Part shown: one piece after another, positions 22,401 to 31,826 of the stretch
Numbering within the stretch: the stretch's first letter is position 1
How the letters are laid out: every line of letters starts with the position of its first letter
Source: Podarcis filfolensis
Taxonomy: Eukaryota
Reading direction: 5' to 3' (one strand)
Length of the DNA: 64,000 bases
Assembly (NCBI GenBank): GCA_964270895.1
Contig: OZ185447.1
The notes under the pieces: model-generated
The model's input: only the letters and a program-made list of their open reading frames with translations
What the model was told of the DNA's origin: nothing
Database searches by the model: none
Made by a program: the position numbers and the translations under genes

Positions 22401-25400
22401 AGAAGTACTTTTCTTTTATATGTCCTGAATCTTCCAACATTCAGCTTCCTTGGATGGTCACGAGTTCTAGTGTCATGAGAGAGAAGACAAATTTCTCTCT
22501 GTGTGGATTTATTGGGCGACGCAGTAATTTCCAAATTACAGAGCTCTGCTTATGGACTGGCGCAAAGGGCCTTTGATCTAGCGCCGTGGCTCCCCCAGTG
22601 GGAGGTTCGGGTACTGCAGGCTTCAATTCTATAGTGTCCTGTGAGGCGTTCTGATTAGAGATTATTATTTTTGGAGGGGGGGGAGACCACTAGGGTCGCC
22701 ATATTTTGAAGAACAAAAGCGAGGACGCTATGACGACTCTCATTTTAAATACCCCTACTATATGTAGGCTATAAAAGCTGTGATATATTGCTGAGGGGGC
22801 CGGGCTGGATTTAGGTTTGATGAGGCCCTAAGCTACTGAAGGTAATGGGGCCCTTTATATGTCCAGCTGTCCTTTGTCAACAACAATGTGTCGCTGTTTT
22901 GTGTGCTGAATATACGCTATTTGGTAATTTATGGACCTAATAGGTATCTAAAGCCTTTTGCGCATAACAAAATATGTACATCACAGGAGCCTACACAACA
23001 CAAAACACTGTTGCTATATGTGGGTTTTATTTGTTTTGTTTTTTATCTTATATTTTGGAAATGTACATCCAGGTTTTTTCCCTTTACATTTTTGGGGGGC
23101 CCCCAAGAGAGTGGGGCCCTAAGCTATAGCTTGTTTAGCTTATACAGTACATAAATCTGGCACGGGGGTGAGGCAGGAGAAGAGAAGAGGAAAGCAAATC
23201 TTCAGCCACCAGTTATGTCTATGTCTCATCCAGAAAGTATAGCCTGAGACATTTTGGCAAACTTTACAAAAATCCACCCGGACAGAAATTTTACCCCTGA
23301 AAAAGAGGACATGTCCTGGGAAAAGAGGACAGATGGCAACCCTGCCACTGGCAGACATTGCTTAGTTTTCCGTCTCCTTTGCAGGACGAAGAATGTATTG
23401 GAGAAACAGAAAGCAGATATGGGACTGCCTGGGTGAGGATGAAGGGGTATGGGGTGCATGGACGTAGCCGGAATTTATTTTAGCGGGGGCAGGATTTATG
23501 TTGGGGGGGGGGCCAGAACCGAGTTATCTGCGACACAATTGCTCAGTTATTTATGTATTGCCTGCTTAAACTTTGAGGTTTAAAGAGAGAACTGTTCCAT
23601 CTTTTCCTCCCCTGCAGAGCCCCGGACTCTGTGCCCGTCTTGGCTTTCCCAGCTTACTGCCACGAGCGCTTCTCCAACAGCGGCTTTGGCTTTGCAGAGG
23701 AATACCAGGTACAAGGTTGCCGTGGCATCTGTAGCTCGGTGGGCAGAGCACCCGCTTTGCACGCACAAGGTCCTGGGTTCGATCCCCGGCATCGCCAGGC
23801 AGGGCTGGGAAAGAAAGGCTCTTGTCCCAAGCCCTGAAGAGCTGCTGGCAGCCAGTGTAGACATTATTGAGCTAGGTGGACCAGTGGTCTGATTGAGTAT
23901 AAGCCTATGATACGTTTATTTAAAATTAAATCGCAGCGAAAATACTCTGCCATCCTTCTTTTAGATTGAAAAAGGTATTCCAGAAATTAAGAATAAAGCC
24001 CATTTTAAAGTACCCTACCAACGTAGCATTAAGCGTCTTCCAGACAGTGCTTTTTTTTTTGTATTTCTATTATTTTTATTGAATCTATTTGTTGATTTGC
24101 TTCAAGAAGATCTTTAAAAACTGAATATAAATCCCAGCTATCATAACAAACATTACTCTTGTGTGTCCTTTCCCTCTTGTTTCTTTTACTAATTAAATGA
24201 GAGCTGTTGCCAGATATAAGAGATTCCGGATCCTATTCAGCTACTCTTTTAAATATTTCGGCCATCGTTCTGTTTTAAATACTTTACATCTCCACTATTT
24301 AAACACTTTTCATATCCACTATTTTAAATACTTCGACTGCATTCTTTTTTCTGTCAGAATTTTTATATACTGCTTATATACATTTTGAGAAACAGAGAAG
24401 CACCTTTGGGTTCGTGCTTTGCTGAAGGAGTCGCCTTGTTTCGTAACTCTTTCTCTTTTCCTTGCCCACATAACAGCAGCTGCAGGACGTGGGGACAGGA
24501 CAGCCCCAGAGCGTGGCAGAGCGGCCTGAAAATCAAGCCAAGAATCGCTACAGCAACGTTCTGCCTTGTCAGTTTCATTCCCCTTCCCTGTTTTTTCCTT
24601 TGTCGGTTGCGCTTAGCAAAAGGAGTCTGCTTTAATTTTGAGCATCTCACTATGGAGTGGTGGTTTCAGATATAACCTCAAAAGACCAGAGATTCAAGCA
24701 GGAGGAGGCGGGAGGGGTCTGTCATTGGTGCTTGAGAGCCACCTGACGCTTGACCCAGAATTCTCGGGTAAGGCAGGCTTTGGCTCAGATCAATGAACTT
24801 CTTCGGAAAACTTCTAGCCTCATTCCCCACTACTTCAGATAATTTTTTCTGGCAATGGGAGGAATGTGCATTGACTCTTGAGGGCTGGATTTTAATTAAT
24901 TGTATTGTGATTTTATGTAAACTGTGTTACTTTTATTGTTGTTAGCCGCTCTGAGCCCAGCTTTGGTTGGGGAGGGCGGGATATAAATTTTTTAAAAAAT
25001 ATTATTATTATTATTATTCCTGCATCTGCCACTTTCTGACCCTCATTTGATATAAAAATTATTTGGCATACATAGTTTTTCCCCATTTTTTCTTCACAAC
25101 AACCCTGTGATGTAGGCTAGGCCCAGAGAAAGGGAGCTTTTGACTGAGTGGGGATTTGAACCCTAGTCTGACGCTCTGACCACCACACCACACTGCCTCT
25201 GCGGCTCAACTTTATTCCTGCCACTTTTCAGTTATGTAAATCCATATTTGGTGCTGCTTTACTTTCAGTTTTATCCATTTTTCAGCTCACCCTCTCTGCT
25301 TTTACTTTTAACCCCTTTGGTTCCTTCTCTGCAGACGACCACTCGCGAGTTCAGCTCACCATCAAATCCGGAGACCCCAACTCAGATTACATCAATGCAA

Positions 25401-28400
25401 GCTACATGCCTGTGAGTCCCACCCCAGCTGCATTTTTGTGTGAGATGTGGTTTGGGACCCTTTGTGATTTACCCTTGACAAAAACTGTATAAGTTAAGCT
25501 TGGCATAGATTTGGGATTCAACTTTAGTACGGTATATTCTCAGCCCCCAATATATAATGCCAACTAGTTTCCAGTTTTCTCCCAGGGTTCATTAACCTCC
25601 CATTAATGAGCAACAATCTCATGGTTAGAGAGAGTCTGCTTTGACTTTGCACATCTCACTACAGTGTCACTTTGAGTACACTTATTCTCACTTTTTGTAG
25701 CTTGCTTTTAGACAAGCAATGGAAAAATTTTTATTTCAGCTAGCTTTCATGGGTTGCCATCCTTGTTTTGGCTCTTACTGCTTTCTCTGTCATTTTAAGA
25801 GCTGGTTTCATTTTTTTAATGACACGTTATTGCTGTTATGCTAGGGGCTGCACACTTGCTTTCTTTGCCATCCAGTCCCATCTACCCCCACCCAACCCCA
25901 CCCACCCTTTGCCAAAGCCACCCAGCACCCACTTTCACCAAAAACAGCACCCCCTCCTCTCCTAAAGCTCACCAAACCTCTGTGTCCTGCCTTAGTTGCC
26001 TGCTCACTTGTCAGGGCTGTCTACCTGCCTGTCTCTGGTTCTGGTTCTGGTTCTCTCCTCTTCACCCTCTGACATTGCTGTGAGGCCCAACAGCTCTGGG
26101 AACCCACTTTCTCTTGTCTGTGGCAAAGCAAAGTGCAGTGTGACGACATTCTTGAATTGTTATTATATGTACAGATACTGCTTTATTTTTTGCTTAACAG
26201 CCACCTTGAATAAATATACGGAAAGGCAAGGCATACAAATGACAAAAATCTGGGCAACACTTCTATTAGAACAGCTGAGGGCAAATTGAGCAGGAGCTAG
26301 AAGGGGTGGTGTCCCCGTGTATGTGAATATTAATGGCATGTGAATGTGTGTGTGTGAACCACAGTCACTGTTGAAATGTGGCCTCCTTCAGCTTCCCACC
26401 ACATAAAGTGGCTCTCAGTCTAAACAAGTTTTGCCACTCTTCGTTGTGACTTCATTGGATTTCCCATTGATTCCGTACTAAGGTAAAACTCTCTCTCTCT
26501 CTTTCCTTCCTCATTACTCACTCCAGGGCTTCGAGAGGGAAAAGGAGTTCATAGCAGCCCAAGGCCCACTGCCTGGGACACTGTACGACTTCTGGCGCAT
26601 GATATGGGAGCAGCAGATCGTGACCGTGGTCATGCTCACTAACTGCGCCGAGAACGGACGGGTGAGAATTGTGCCGTTTGGCTGGGAGTCAGGAAACCGC
26701 TTGAACAATGTTCTGCCTCTTGGGGGGTGCCCATTGGGGGGATGTGGGTGGCGCTGTGGTGTAAACCCCTGAGCCTCTTGGGCTTGCCGATCGGAAGGTT
26801 GGCGGTTTGAATCCCCGCGACAGGGTGAGCTCCTGTTTCTCTGTCCCAGCTCCTGCCAACGTAGCAGTTTGAAAGCACACCAGTGCAAGTAGAGAAATAA
26901 GTACTGCTGCGGCAGGAAAGTTAATGGCATTTCCCTGTGCTCTGGTTTCCGTCACGGTGTCCTGTTGCGCCAGAAGCAGTTTAGTCATGCTGGCCACATG
27001 ATCCGGAAAGCTGTCTGTGGTCAAACACTGGCTCCCTCGGCCTGAAAGCAAGATGAGCGCCACACCCCATAGTCACCTTTGACTGGACTTAACCGTCCAG
27101 GGGTCCTTTACCTTTTACCTTTACTTGCCCATTCAAAAGGGGCAAGCCATCTCAGGCTGTAAAAAATATTATCTACTTTGGGGGTGGGGTGTTCAAAACT
27201 AGTTTTTTTCAGTGGGATAGAAATCCCCCCTCTCCAGTACCTGTGAGATTGATCGCTTCTTCCTCCTTAATCCTCTTCAGTGCCATCGTTTCCCCTGTTT
27301 CCTTTCTCCTTTATTAATTAGTTGCATGAGTCATCCCACCCCTTCAGGATGAGGCCATGATGCTAAGCAGCCAATTCGATGGTAGGTTGTTGATTGAGGG
27401 CAACTTACACAAATAAGCAAATCTTTCTTTTCTCCGGACATTTTTCTATGTTTGTAAAAGGCAGCAGATAGTATCAGGCAGGGAGCAGAAGTGTGGAGCT
27501 CATTCCAAAGAGCTTGCAGCTCCCCAGCTGCTGTGAGGAGGGTGTAGATGTAGACCTGGTCTACAGAGCCCTTGATCTGCAACAGCCCAACCAAGCCAAA
27601 GTTTGACAGTTGCTCTGCTCTTCCACAAGGCCAGTCCTTCCACTAACATTCTTGGCTCTCCCCTTGCCTCTTCCCCAACCTTCTTCTGGTCAGGTGAAAT
27701 GTGAACGCTACTGGCCTCTGGACTACACGCCCTGCACCTACGACAACATCACAGTCTCCGTCGTCACAGAGACAATCCTCCCCGATTGGACCATCCGGGA
27801 TTTCACTATCAAGCAGGTGACGGAGAGGGGATCAGAACCGCCTCCCCCGGTGTTCCTTCCAAATGGTTTCTGCCAGAATAACTGCCCTTTGAAGCAATAT
27901 TTATCCAACTGCTTTATCACTGCAACTGAGGCTGTTGCCAATTCCGCAGTCTCTTTTCTCCAGCTTTTGACACCTGAGTGGTAGATTTTTGAGACCCACT
28001 CTGTTCTTGTTTTCTTAGTTTTCTGATCTTTAGTGTTGTATTTTAAATTGCTGGGGCACATCCTGGGACCTTAGGGTGAAGATTGGGAAGTGAATCAAAA
28101 TGTTATTGTTTAATAAAGACGACGATGATGATAAATAATAATGGTGATGATATTCGTGATAATAATGGTACTGGTTGGCATAATTTTAATTAAAGATATC
28201 CCTTTAAAAATTGTAATAATGAAATAATAAATCCTTCTAATTGTGAACTCAACAAAATAAAAGGGAGTCACTGAGAGACAGGGAAGTAATTAGTGGCGGA
28301 GCTTCAAGAGCAGGTAGGGGTGTGGGGCGTGTCCCAGGGGCATGGCGCAAAGCCCACAGGGGCATGGGGTGCCGCCTGCAGGGGCATGGTGCCCAGCGCA

Positions 28401-30854
28401 GGGGGGGCAGCAGCAATGGCACCCCACTGGGATTGTGCCGCTGGGGATGGTGCGCTCTCCCCACACCCCTCTTCCTCCGCCAGTGGAAGTAATCCCAAGG
28501 CATGCATAAGCCAAAAATACCCTTTAAAACACTGGGGGATGGGCAGCCTTATAGAACCTAGCTGAAAGTTGAAAAACAGTAATTATTATAATAATAATAA
28601 TAATATACCAACCTTCATCCAAAGATCTCAGGGTAGTTTACAAGATAAAAATACAGAAAAAAGCAGGAAAATGAGGGCACATGGGAGAAGAAGGCGCGTT
28701 TGAGCCCCTTGCAAGGAACCCATGGCTGGCTTGCTAGAACCCTGAGTGAGAGCATTGCTATTAGGAAGTGTCACAAGCCACTGGGATGTGTGGACAACTG
28801 TTACCTTGTGTGGTGTCTTGTGTGGTGCAGGTGGCAGGTTCTGCACCCTCAGGAACCCCAGGCTGACTCTGCCCTCCTAGTTGGGTTATATGATGTTTCT
28901 GGGCAGGATATGAGAGAGGCTTCCTGATCTTGAGCCACAAGATCTTCCTGAATTCTGTTGTGCCTCCTGTATATTGGGTTGTTTTTGGCCCTGATCCCAG
29001 CTTGACCCTAGATCCTGCTTCCTGAAGTTCATCCTCCGGTTGTAGTTTACTCTTCTATCTCAACCGCTGGCTCGTCCCAAAGAACCTGATTTCCACCTCC
29101 TGGCCCAGCCCTGACAGCGGGCGAGGAAGGTACGCTGCAACATTTTGTTGCAGGTCCTACTTTGTTGGACACCAAGCTCAAGTGATTGCGTTTGGGAGCG
29201 GAACAGAGCCACTTCAAAATAAACTGCAAACGCCCTAGGTATACAGAATCATAGAAGTTTGGAAATAAAAACAAACAAACAAAAACTCTTCCCCCCCCCC
29301 CATGGTGTGACACTGACCTGAGAGCTTCCGCGGCTTTCAGGATGTTGAGGTGCCAATTGGAAAGAAACGGAGGTGAAACCCAGGGGTGGTTCTGAAGAAA
29401 GCGCCTGAATTGTGTGTGTGTCCCAACAGGTGAACCTATCTGAGGTCCACCTCGCCAGGCATTACCACTACACGTCGTGGCCGGACCATGGGGTGCCCAA
29501 AATCACAAGCACCATCCTTCACTTCCGAGACCTTGTGAGGGCCCACATAGAGGAGCACAGAGGTGCTGGGCCAGCTCTGGTACACTGCAGGTAAACCCAA
29601 GAGGAGGCGAAGAGAGGATCGGGACAGGGGAGAGCCAGGGAGAAGTGTAACCCACAGGTTCTGTGGACTGAGGCTGCGGAGGGACCACAAATGGCAGAGC
29701 TACTTCAACCCAGAGTGGCTTAACTACCCATAACGCCTCTTCCCAGGGAATTCTGGGAATTATGGCTCTGGGAGGGGAATAGGGAGTCTCCTAGCAACTC
29801 CCAGCACCCTTAACGAACTACAGCTCCCAGAATTCTTTGGGGCAGCCGTGACTCTTTGAAGTGGCATCATAGCGCTATAAATGCGTCGTGTGAATGTGAC
29901 CTTGGTCTTGGTTGACGCTGTCCTCTCCTTCCCTCTCCAGCGCAGGTGTAGGCCGGACAGGGACGTTCATCTCCCTGGACTCCCTGCTGCGCCAAGCCCA
30001 GGTCACGGGTGAGCTTGGAGTCTTCTCCTTCGTTCGGAAGCTGAGGATGAACCGTCCGCTCATGATTCAGACCGAGGTGAGAGGCTCAGAATATGTCGTT
30101 ACGTGAAGCAGATCTGTCCTGAACAAGCAGTTCAAAAGCACACCAGTGCAAGTAAATAAATAAATAGGTACCACACTGGTGGGAAGGTAAACAGTGTTTC
30201 CATGCGCTCTGGTTTCTATCACTGTGTCCTGTTGTACCAGAAGCAGTTTAGTCATGCTGGCCACATGACCCAGAAAGCTGTCTGTGGACAAACGCCGGCT
30301 CCCTTGGCCTGAAAAGCGAGATGAGCGCCGCAACCCCATAGTCACCTTTGACTGGACTTAACCTTTTACCTTTAGTTACTAAACAGCTTCCCTCTGGGTC
30401 TCTTTGGAGACTTCAGTTCCCTGATAAACGACTTAAGAGGAGGCAGGCAAACATCTGGGCCATCCATCACATCTGTAAAAAGGAGCACGACCTATTGATT
30501 GGGGGCCTCTGGTTGACCCCTGTGAGGTCAGGATGCTGGACTAGATGGGCCATGGGCCTCATCCAGCAGGGCTCTTTTTGACATAAGAAGTTCTCAAAGC
30601 TGCCCTGACAGAAAGCTGAATCTTCCTTAGCTATATATGTGGCAAAGCAAGTTGAAATTCTGTCCTCCTGGCAGTGCTCTAATCCCACACACCCTTAACA
30701 CCTCTTTTCTCCGTAGTCCCAGTTCATCTTTCTTCACCAATGTCTCCTGGATGCCCTCCAGCCTCCTGCTCAGAGCAACAGTGAGAAGACAGAGCACACA
30801 GCAGTGTATGAAAACACCTGGGCCCTGCAAGGCTACGAGGTGTCCCGGGTGTGA
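3430..30854 (+). CDS. PTPRH: Receptor-type tyrosine-protein phosphatase H-like (R3 subtype), whole gene, 19 coding exons, 916 aa
   Basis: All exon phases are consistent (2751 nt). Signal peptide, FN3 repeats, TM, single PTP domain with [17 protein letters not shown] and Q-loop. C-terminal YEN motif. Lies between TMEM86B and SYT5. Confidence 0.88.
3631..3858 (+). mobile_element. MIR-like tRNA-derived SINE
   Basis: TGGTGTAGTGGTTAGAG A-box, GGTTCGAATTCCC B-box, core CAGCCTAACCTACCTCACAGGGTTGTTGTG, (CAAA)n tail. Related copies at about 6650-6860(-), 25065-25195(-) and 31886-32100(+). Confidence 0.7.
6341..6635 (+). mobile_element. Solo LTR, CCAAT-rich
   Basis: TGTTATGTACTGA...ATTTCA termini (first 13 nt identical to the LTR at 618); TATATAAA 6541-6548; AATAAA 6593-6598; internal 40-bp-period duplication. 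No clean TSD (AAGG vs CCGG). Confidence 0.65.
7583..7985 (+). mobile_element. Bov-B (RTE) LINE 3' fragment
   Basis: Encodes ...[55 protein letters not shown]...; ends GTCGGACACGACTAAACGACTAAAC(AAC)n. Confidence 0.92.
8309..8447 (+). mobile_element. tRNA-Lys-headed SINE with CR1-like tail
   Basis: TAGCTCAGTCAGTAAAGCATGAGGCTCTGAATCTCAG...CCACGTTGGGC followed by GGGTTGGACTAGATGACCC...TTCTATGA. Confidence 0.7.
8642..8678 (+). CDS. PTPRH: PTPRH exon 2 ([12 protein letters not shown]), rest of signal peptide
   Basis: Acceptor TTTTCCCCTGCCAG, 37 nt, donor GTGAGT; phase 0 to 1. Confidence 0.75.
10097..10147 (+). CDS. PTPRH: PTPRH exon 3, Thr-rich ([17 protein letters not shown])
   Basis: Acceptor ...CATCTCCAAAACAG, 51 nt, donor GTAAGT; phase 1-1, open frame. 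Confidence 0.65.
10296..10713. mobile_element. hAT-like MITE with a 90-bp palindromic element nested at 10588-10677
   Basis: TIRs CATGGGTAGGCAAACT / AGTTTGCTGACCCCTG; no 8-bp TSD recognisable. Inner element CATAGCTGTCAAC...GTTGACAGCTATG flanked by GGCC on both sides. Confidence 0.65.
11125..12022 (-). mobile_element. Possible solo LTR (low confidence)
   Basis: TG...CA ends; reverse polyA (TTTATT near 11188) and reverse TATA near 11261. TSD imperfect, so boundaries are uncertain. Confidence 0.3.
12211..12423 (+). CDS. PTPRH: PTPRH exon 4, 7-Cys domain (DPCKYPREV...LTDCLECG)
   Basis: Acceptor TTTCGTTGCCGCCACAG, 213 nt open frame, donor GTAAGG; phase 1-1; three N-glycosylation sequons. Confidence 0.75.
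12658..12791 (-). mobile_element. tRNA-Lys(CTT)-headed SINE with CR1-like tail
   Basis: Minus strand TAGCTCAGTCGGTAGAGCATTAGACTCTTAATCGCAAGGTCCTGGGTTCGAGCCCCACATTGGGC plus tail; 5' acceptor strand absent. Confidence 0.75.
13258..13506 (+). CDS. PTPRH: PTPRH exon 5, FN3 repeat 1
   Basis: EPCPVQKL...SVTLHW...[12 protein letters not shown]...TAFT; 249 nt, AG/GT, phase 1-1. Confidence 0.88.
14441..14475. repeat. (TG)n microsatellite; others at about 14894-14916, 18081-18116 (CA), 19431-19465 (TA), 35997-36083 (TA then TG), 37598-37626 (CA), 43184-43270 (CT then CA), 52694-52735 (TTA)
   Basis: Direct reading of simple repeats. Confidence 0.95.
15065..15313 (+). CDS. PTPRH: PTPRH exon 6, FN3 repeat 2
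   Basis: CPSPVP...ALQIEWAPP...YRYKV...[12 protein letters not shown]...QATT; 249 nt, phase 1-1. Confidence 0.9.
16320..16598 (+). CDS. PTPRH: PTPRH exon 7, FN3 repeat 3
   Basis: [10 protein letters not shown]...SIPVSWDRP...YSYRV...[12 protein letters not shown]...WALT; 279 nt, phase 1-1. Confidence 0.9.
16807..16963 (+). mobile_element. tRNA-Ile-headed SINE with CR1-like tail
   Basis: CAGCTCAGTTGCTTAGAGCCTAGTGCTGATAAGGCCAAGGTTGCAGGTTTGATCCCTGTATGGGACA followed by GGGGTTGGACTAGATGACC...TTCCAACTCTAC. Confidence 0.75.
17665..17940 (+). CDS. PTPRH: PTPRH exon 8, FN3 repeat 4
   Basis: [10 protein letters not shown]...EIELSWRKP...[12 protein letters not shown]...EGAT; 276 nt, phase 1-1; donor GTACTT is weak. 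Confidence 0.85.
18503..18974 (-). mobile_element. Possible solo LTR (low confidence)
   Basis: AGTGG on both flanks (18498-18502, 18975-18979); internal TGTC...GACA termini; reverse ATTAAA-like signal near 18581. Termini and TSD do not coincide cleanly. Confidence 0.3.
19499..19762 (+). CDS. PTPRH: PTPRH exon 9, membrane-proximal FN3 repeat 5
   Basis: [10 protein letters not shown]...LVLSWTCP...[12 protein letters not shown]...KMCTTSNA; the R3 membrane-proximal pattern (LxLxWTCP...CxT); 264 nt, phase 1-1. Confidence 0.9.
19863..20148. mobile_element. Unclassified 286-bp insertion with 14-bp TSD and internal inverted repeat
   Basis: ACCCTTGGCGAACA at 19849-19862 and 20149-20162; about 45-bp IR at 19903-19949 vs 20104-20148. 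Confidence 0.7.
20590..20804. mobile_element. Tigger-like MITE (same family as 583)
   Basis: CAGTGGTACCTCGGG...CCCGAGGTACCACTG with TA on both flanks. Confidence 0.85.
21080..21161 (+). CDS. PTPRH: PTPRH exon 10, transmembrane ([27 protein letters not shown])
   Basis: Acceptor TTTCTTTGTCTTTAG, 82 nt, donor GTGAGC; hydrophobic helix followed by a basic stop-transfer. Confidence 0.9.
21390..22500 (-). mobile_element. CR1 LINE 3' fragment split by a solo LTR
   Basis: Minus ORF remnant [23 protein letters not shown] (CR1 ORF2 C-terminus); the 3'UTR ...CATCCTGTTCCCAC continues as CCACAGTGGCCAACC after the LTR. Confidence 0.75.
21457..22155 (-). mobile_element. Solo LTR (699 bp)
   Basis: TG...CA termini; 4-bp TSD CCAC (21453-21456, 22156-22159); minus-strand TATAA (21684-21688) and AATAAA (21603-21608). 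Confidence 0.75.
23385..23432 (+). CDS. PTPRH: PTPRH exon 11, juxtamembrane ([16 protein letters not shown])
   Basis: 48 nt, phase 2-2, AG/GTGAGG; bridges the frame between the TM exon and exon 12. Confidence 0.75.
23618..23708 (+). CDS. PTPRH: PTPRH exon 12 ([31 protein letters not shown])
   Basis: 91 nt, phase 2-0; R3 GFxEEY motif. Confidence 0.9.
23724..23909 (+). mobile_element. tRNA-Ala-headed SINE; related copies at about 3865-4040(-), 38005-38170(-), 51318-51505(+), 62780-62960(-)
   Basis: TGTAGCTCGGTGGGCAGAGC...TTTGCAC...GGTTCGATCCCCGGCATCGCCA plus body GCTGGGAAAG...CCCTGAAGAGCTGCTG...CAGTGTAGAC...GGACCAGTGGTCTGA. Confidence 0.75.
24477..24567 (+). CDS. PTPRH: PTPRH exon 13 (QLQDVG...KNRYSNVLP)
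   Basis: 91 nt, phase 0-1; KNRY pTyr-recognition loop; CAGCAG tandem acceptor. Confidence 0.92.
25335..25411 (+). CDS. PTPRH: PTPRH exon 14 (YDHSRVQL...DYINASYMP)
   Basis: 77 nt, phase 1-0; DxSRVxL and DYINA motifs. Confidence 0.93.
26527..26661 (+). CDS. PTPRH: PTPRH exon 15 ([15 protein letters not shown]...DFWRMIWEQ...[11 protein letters not shown])
   Basis: 135 nt, phase 0-0; PTP motifs. Confidence 0.93.
26738..27124 (+). mobile_element. Sauria-type SINE
   Basis: GGGATGTGGGTGGCGCTGTGG...GGTTTGAATCCCCGCG...(ACCTTT)n tail; TSD TGCCCATT (26728-26735, 27126-27133). Confidence 0.85.
27694..27816 (+). CDS. PTPRH: PTPRH exon 16 (VKCERYWP...IRDFTIKQ)
   Basis: 123 nt, phase 0-0; KCxxYWP motif. 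Confidence 0.93.
28291..28485. mobile_element. hAT-type MITE (195 bp)
   Basis: TIRs TAGTGGCGGAG / CTCCGCCAGTG; perfect 8-bp TSD GAAGTAAT (28283-28290, 28486-28493). Confidence 0.8.
29430..29590 (+). CDS. PTPRH: PTPRH exon 17 (VNLSEV...[11 protein letters not shown]...ALVHC)
   Basis: 161 nt, phase 0-2; WPD loop and catalytic Cys. Confidence 0.93.
29941..30076 (+). CDS. PTPRH: PTPRH exon 18 (SAGVGRTG...[11 protein letters not shown])
   Basis: 136 nt, phase 2-0; completes [10 protein letters not shown]; Q-loop. Confidence 0.93.
30126..30372 (+). mobile_element. 5'-truncated Sauria-type SINE
   Basis: Matches the 3' two-thirds of the copy at 26738, ending ACCTTTTACCTTT. Confidence 0.8.
30717..30854 (+). 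CDS. PTPRH: PTPRH exon 19 ([11 protein letters not shown]...[17 protein letters not shown])
   Basis: Acceptor CTCTTTTCTCCGTAG; 46 codons including TGA at 30852-30854. Confidence 0.9.
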   Translation, partial: SQFIFLHQCLLDALQPPAQSNSEKTEHTAVYENTWALQGYEVSRV

Positions 30855-31248
30855 CAGCCTGTCTTCTTTGGCCATCGTCCCAGCAAGGAGGCCCATGTGC
30901 CCTAGGGGCATGGAAACCGCAGCAGACTTTGAGATGTGCTTCCCTAGGGAGGGAGGGACTGGTTCTTAGAGGAGATGCAAATTCACTTGCGATCCCTTCC
31001 CTGGCCCAGTTTTGACATGATTGTGCCAGCCAGCTGAGGAAGTGATGAGGTGTGTGTGTGTCTCCCTGCCCCCTTCTCTCTTTGTGGGTTGGAAGTTAAA
31101 TTGCACGCGTTGTATCTGTCGGGAACATACGAAATGGAAATGTGGAGCTTAGGACTGAGAAGCTGAGAGGAGCCTAAATGGACAGATTTGCTCTTGCAGC
31201 GACCTGTCCTTTGGCTTTATGGGTGAAAAGCAGGTACAGAATTTTACA

Positions 31249-31254
31249 AATAAA
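31249..31254 (+). promoter_or_regulatory. Candidate PTPRH polyadenylation signal
   Basis: First AATAAA I found after the stop codon, about 400 nt downstream. Confidence 0.45.
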
Positions 31255-31687
31255 ATGAAATAACTGATCAGCACGCATATATCTGAGGATACGACTGTGG
31301 TAGCTCTTCTGTAGCTGCTCTGGAGGCAAATGGTAACTTCAAGTGTGATAGAGTGGGTGATTTTTGGTGGGGAAACATAATGGGGGACTGGGACAAGCCC
31401 CCCACTGCACCACTCTATCTCAGGCTTCCCAAGGTAACCAGAAGTAGAGGAGGAGAATCGCACACACAGGATTCAAAGATGTGCTTAATGTCACCTCTAG
31501 ATTGACCAGGGGTTAAAGTGGGTGGGGGAGAGCGAAAGAAGATGCACCTAACAAATGAAATTAGCAGGATCTATCATGAAGAAACTTATAATAAGCTTAA
31601 TCAAAAGCAGGGAAGCCTCCAAGTAGCGTTGAGAGCAAACAATGGGCGATGATTGGCAACCACTTGTCCTATCTATAGGAAGGCAAA

Positions 31688-31826
31688 CCCACTTAGCTCA
31701 GTTGGTTAGAGCATGGCGCTGATAATGCCAAGGTTGCAGGTTCAATCCCTGTAAGGGCCAGCTGCATATTCCTGCACTGCGGGGGGGGACAGACTAGATG
31801 ATCCCTGGGGTCCCTTCGAATTCTCT
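31688..31826 (+). mobile_element. tRNA-Ile-headed SINE with CR1-like tail
   Basis: TTAGCTCAGTTGGTTAGAGCATGGCGCTGATAATGCCAAGGTTGCAGGTTCAATCCCTGTAAGGGCCA followed by GACTAGATGATCCC...GGTCCCTTC. Confidence 0.75.

Noticed and set aside
3430-30854. Calling the phosphatase PTPRC (CD45) or PTPRJ
   Set aside because: It has one PTP domain (CD45 has two) and lies between TMEM86B and SYT5, which is the PTPRH position.
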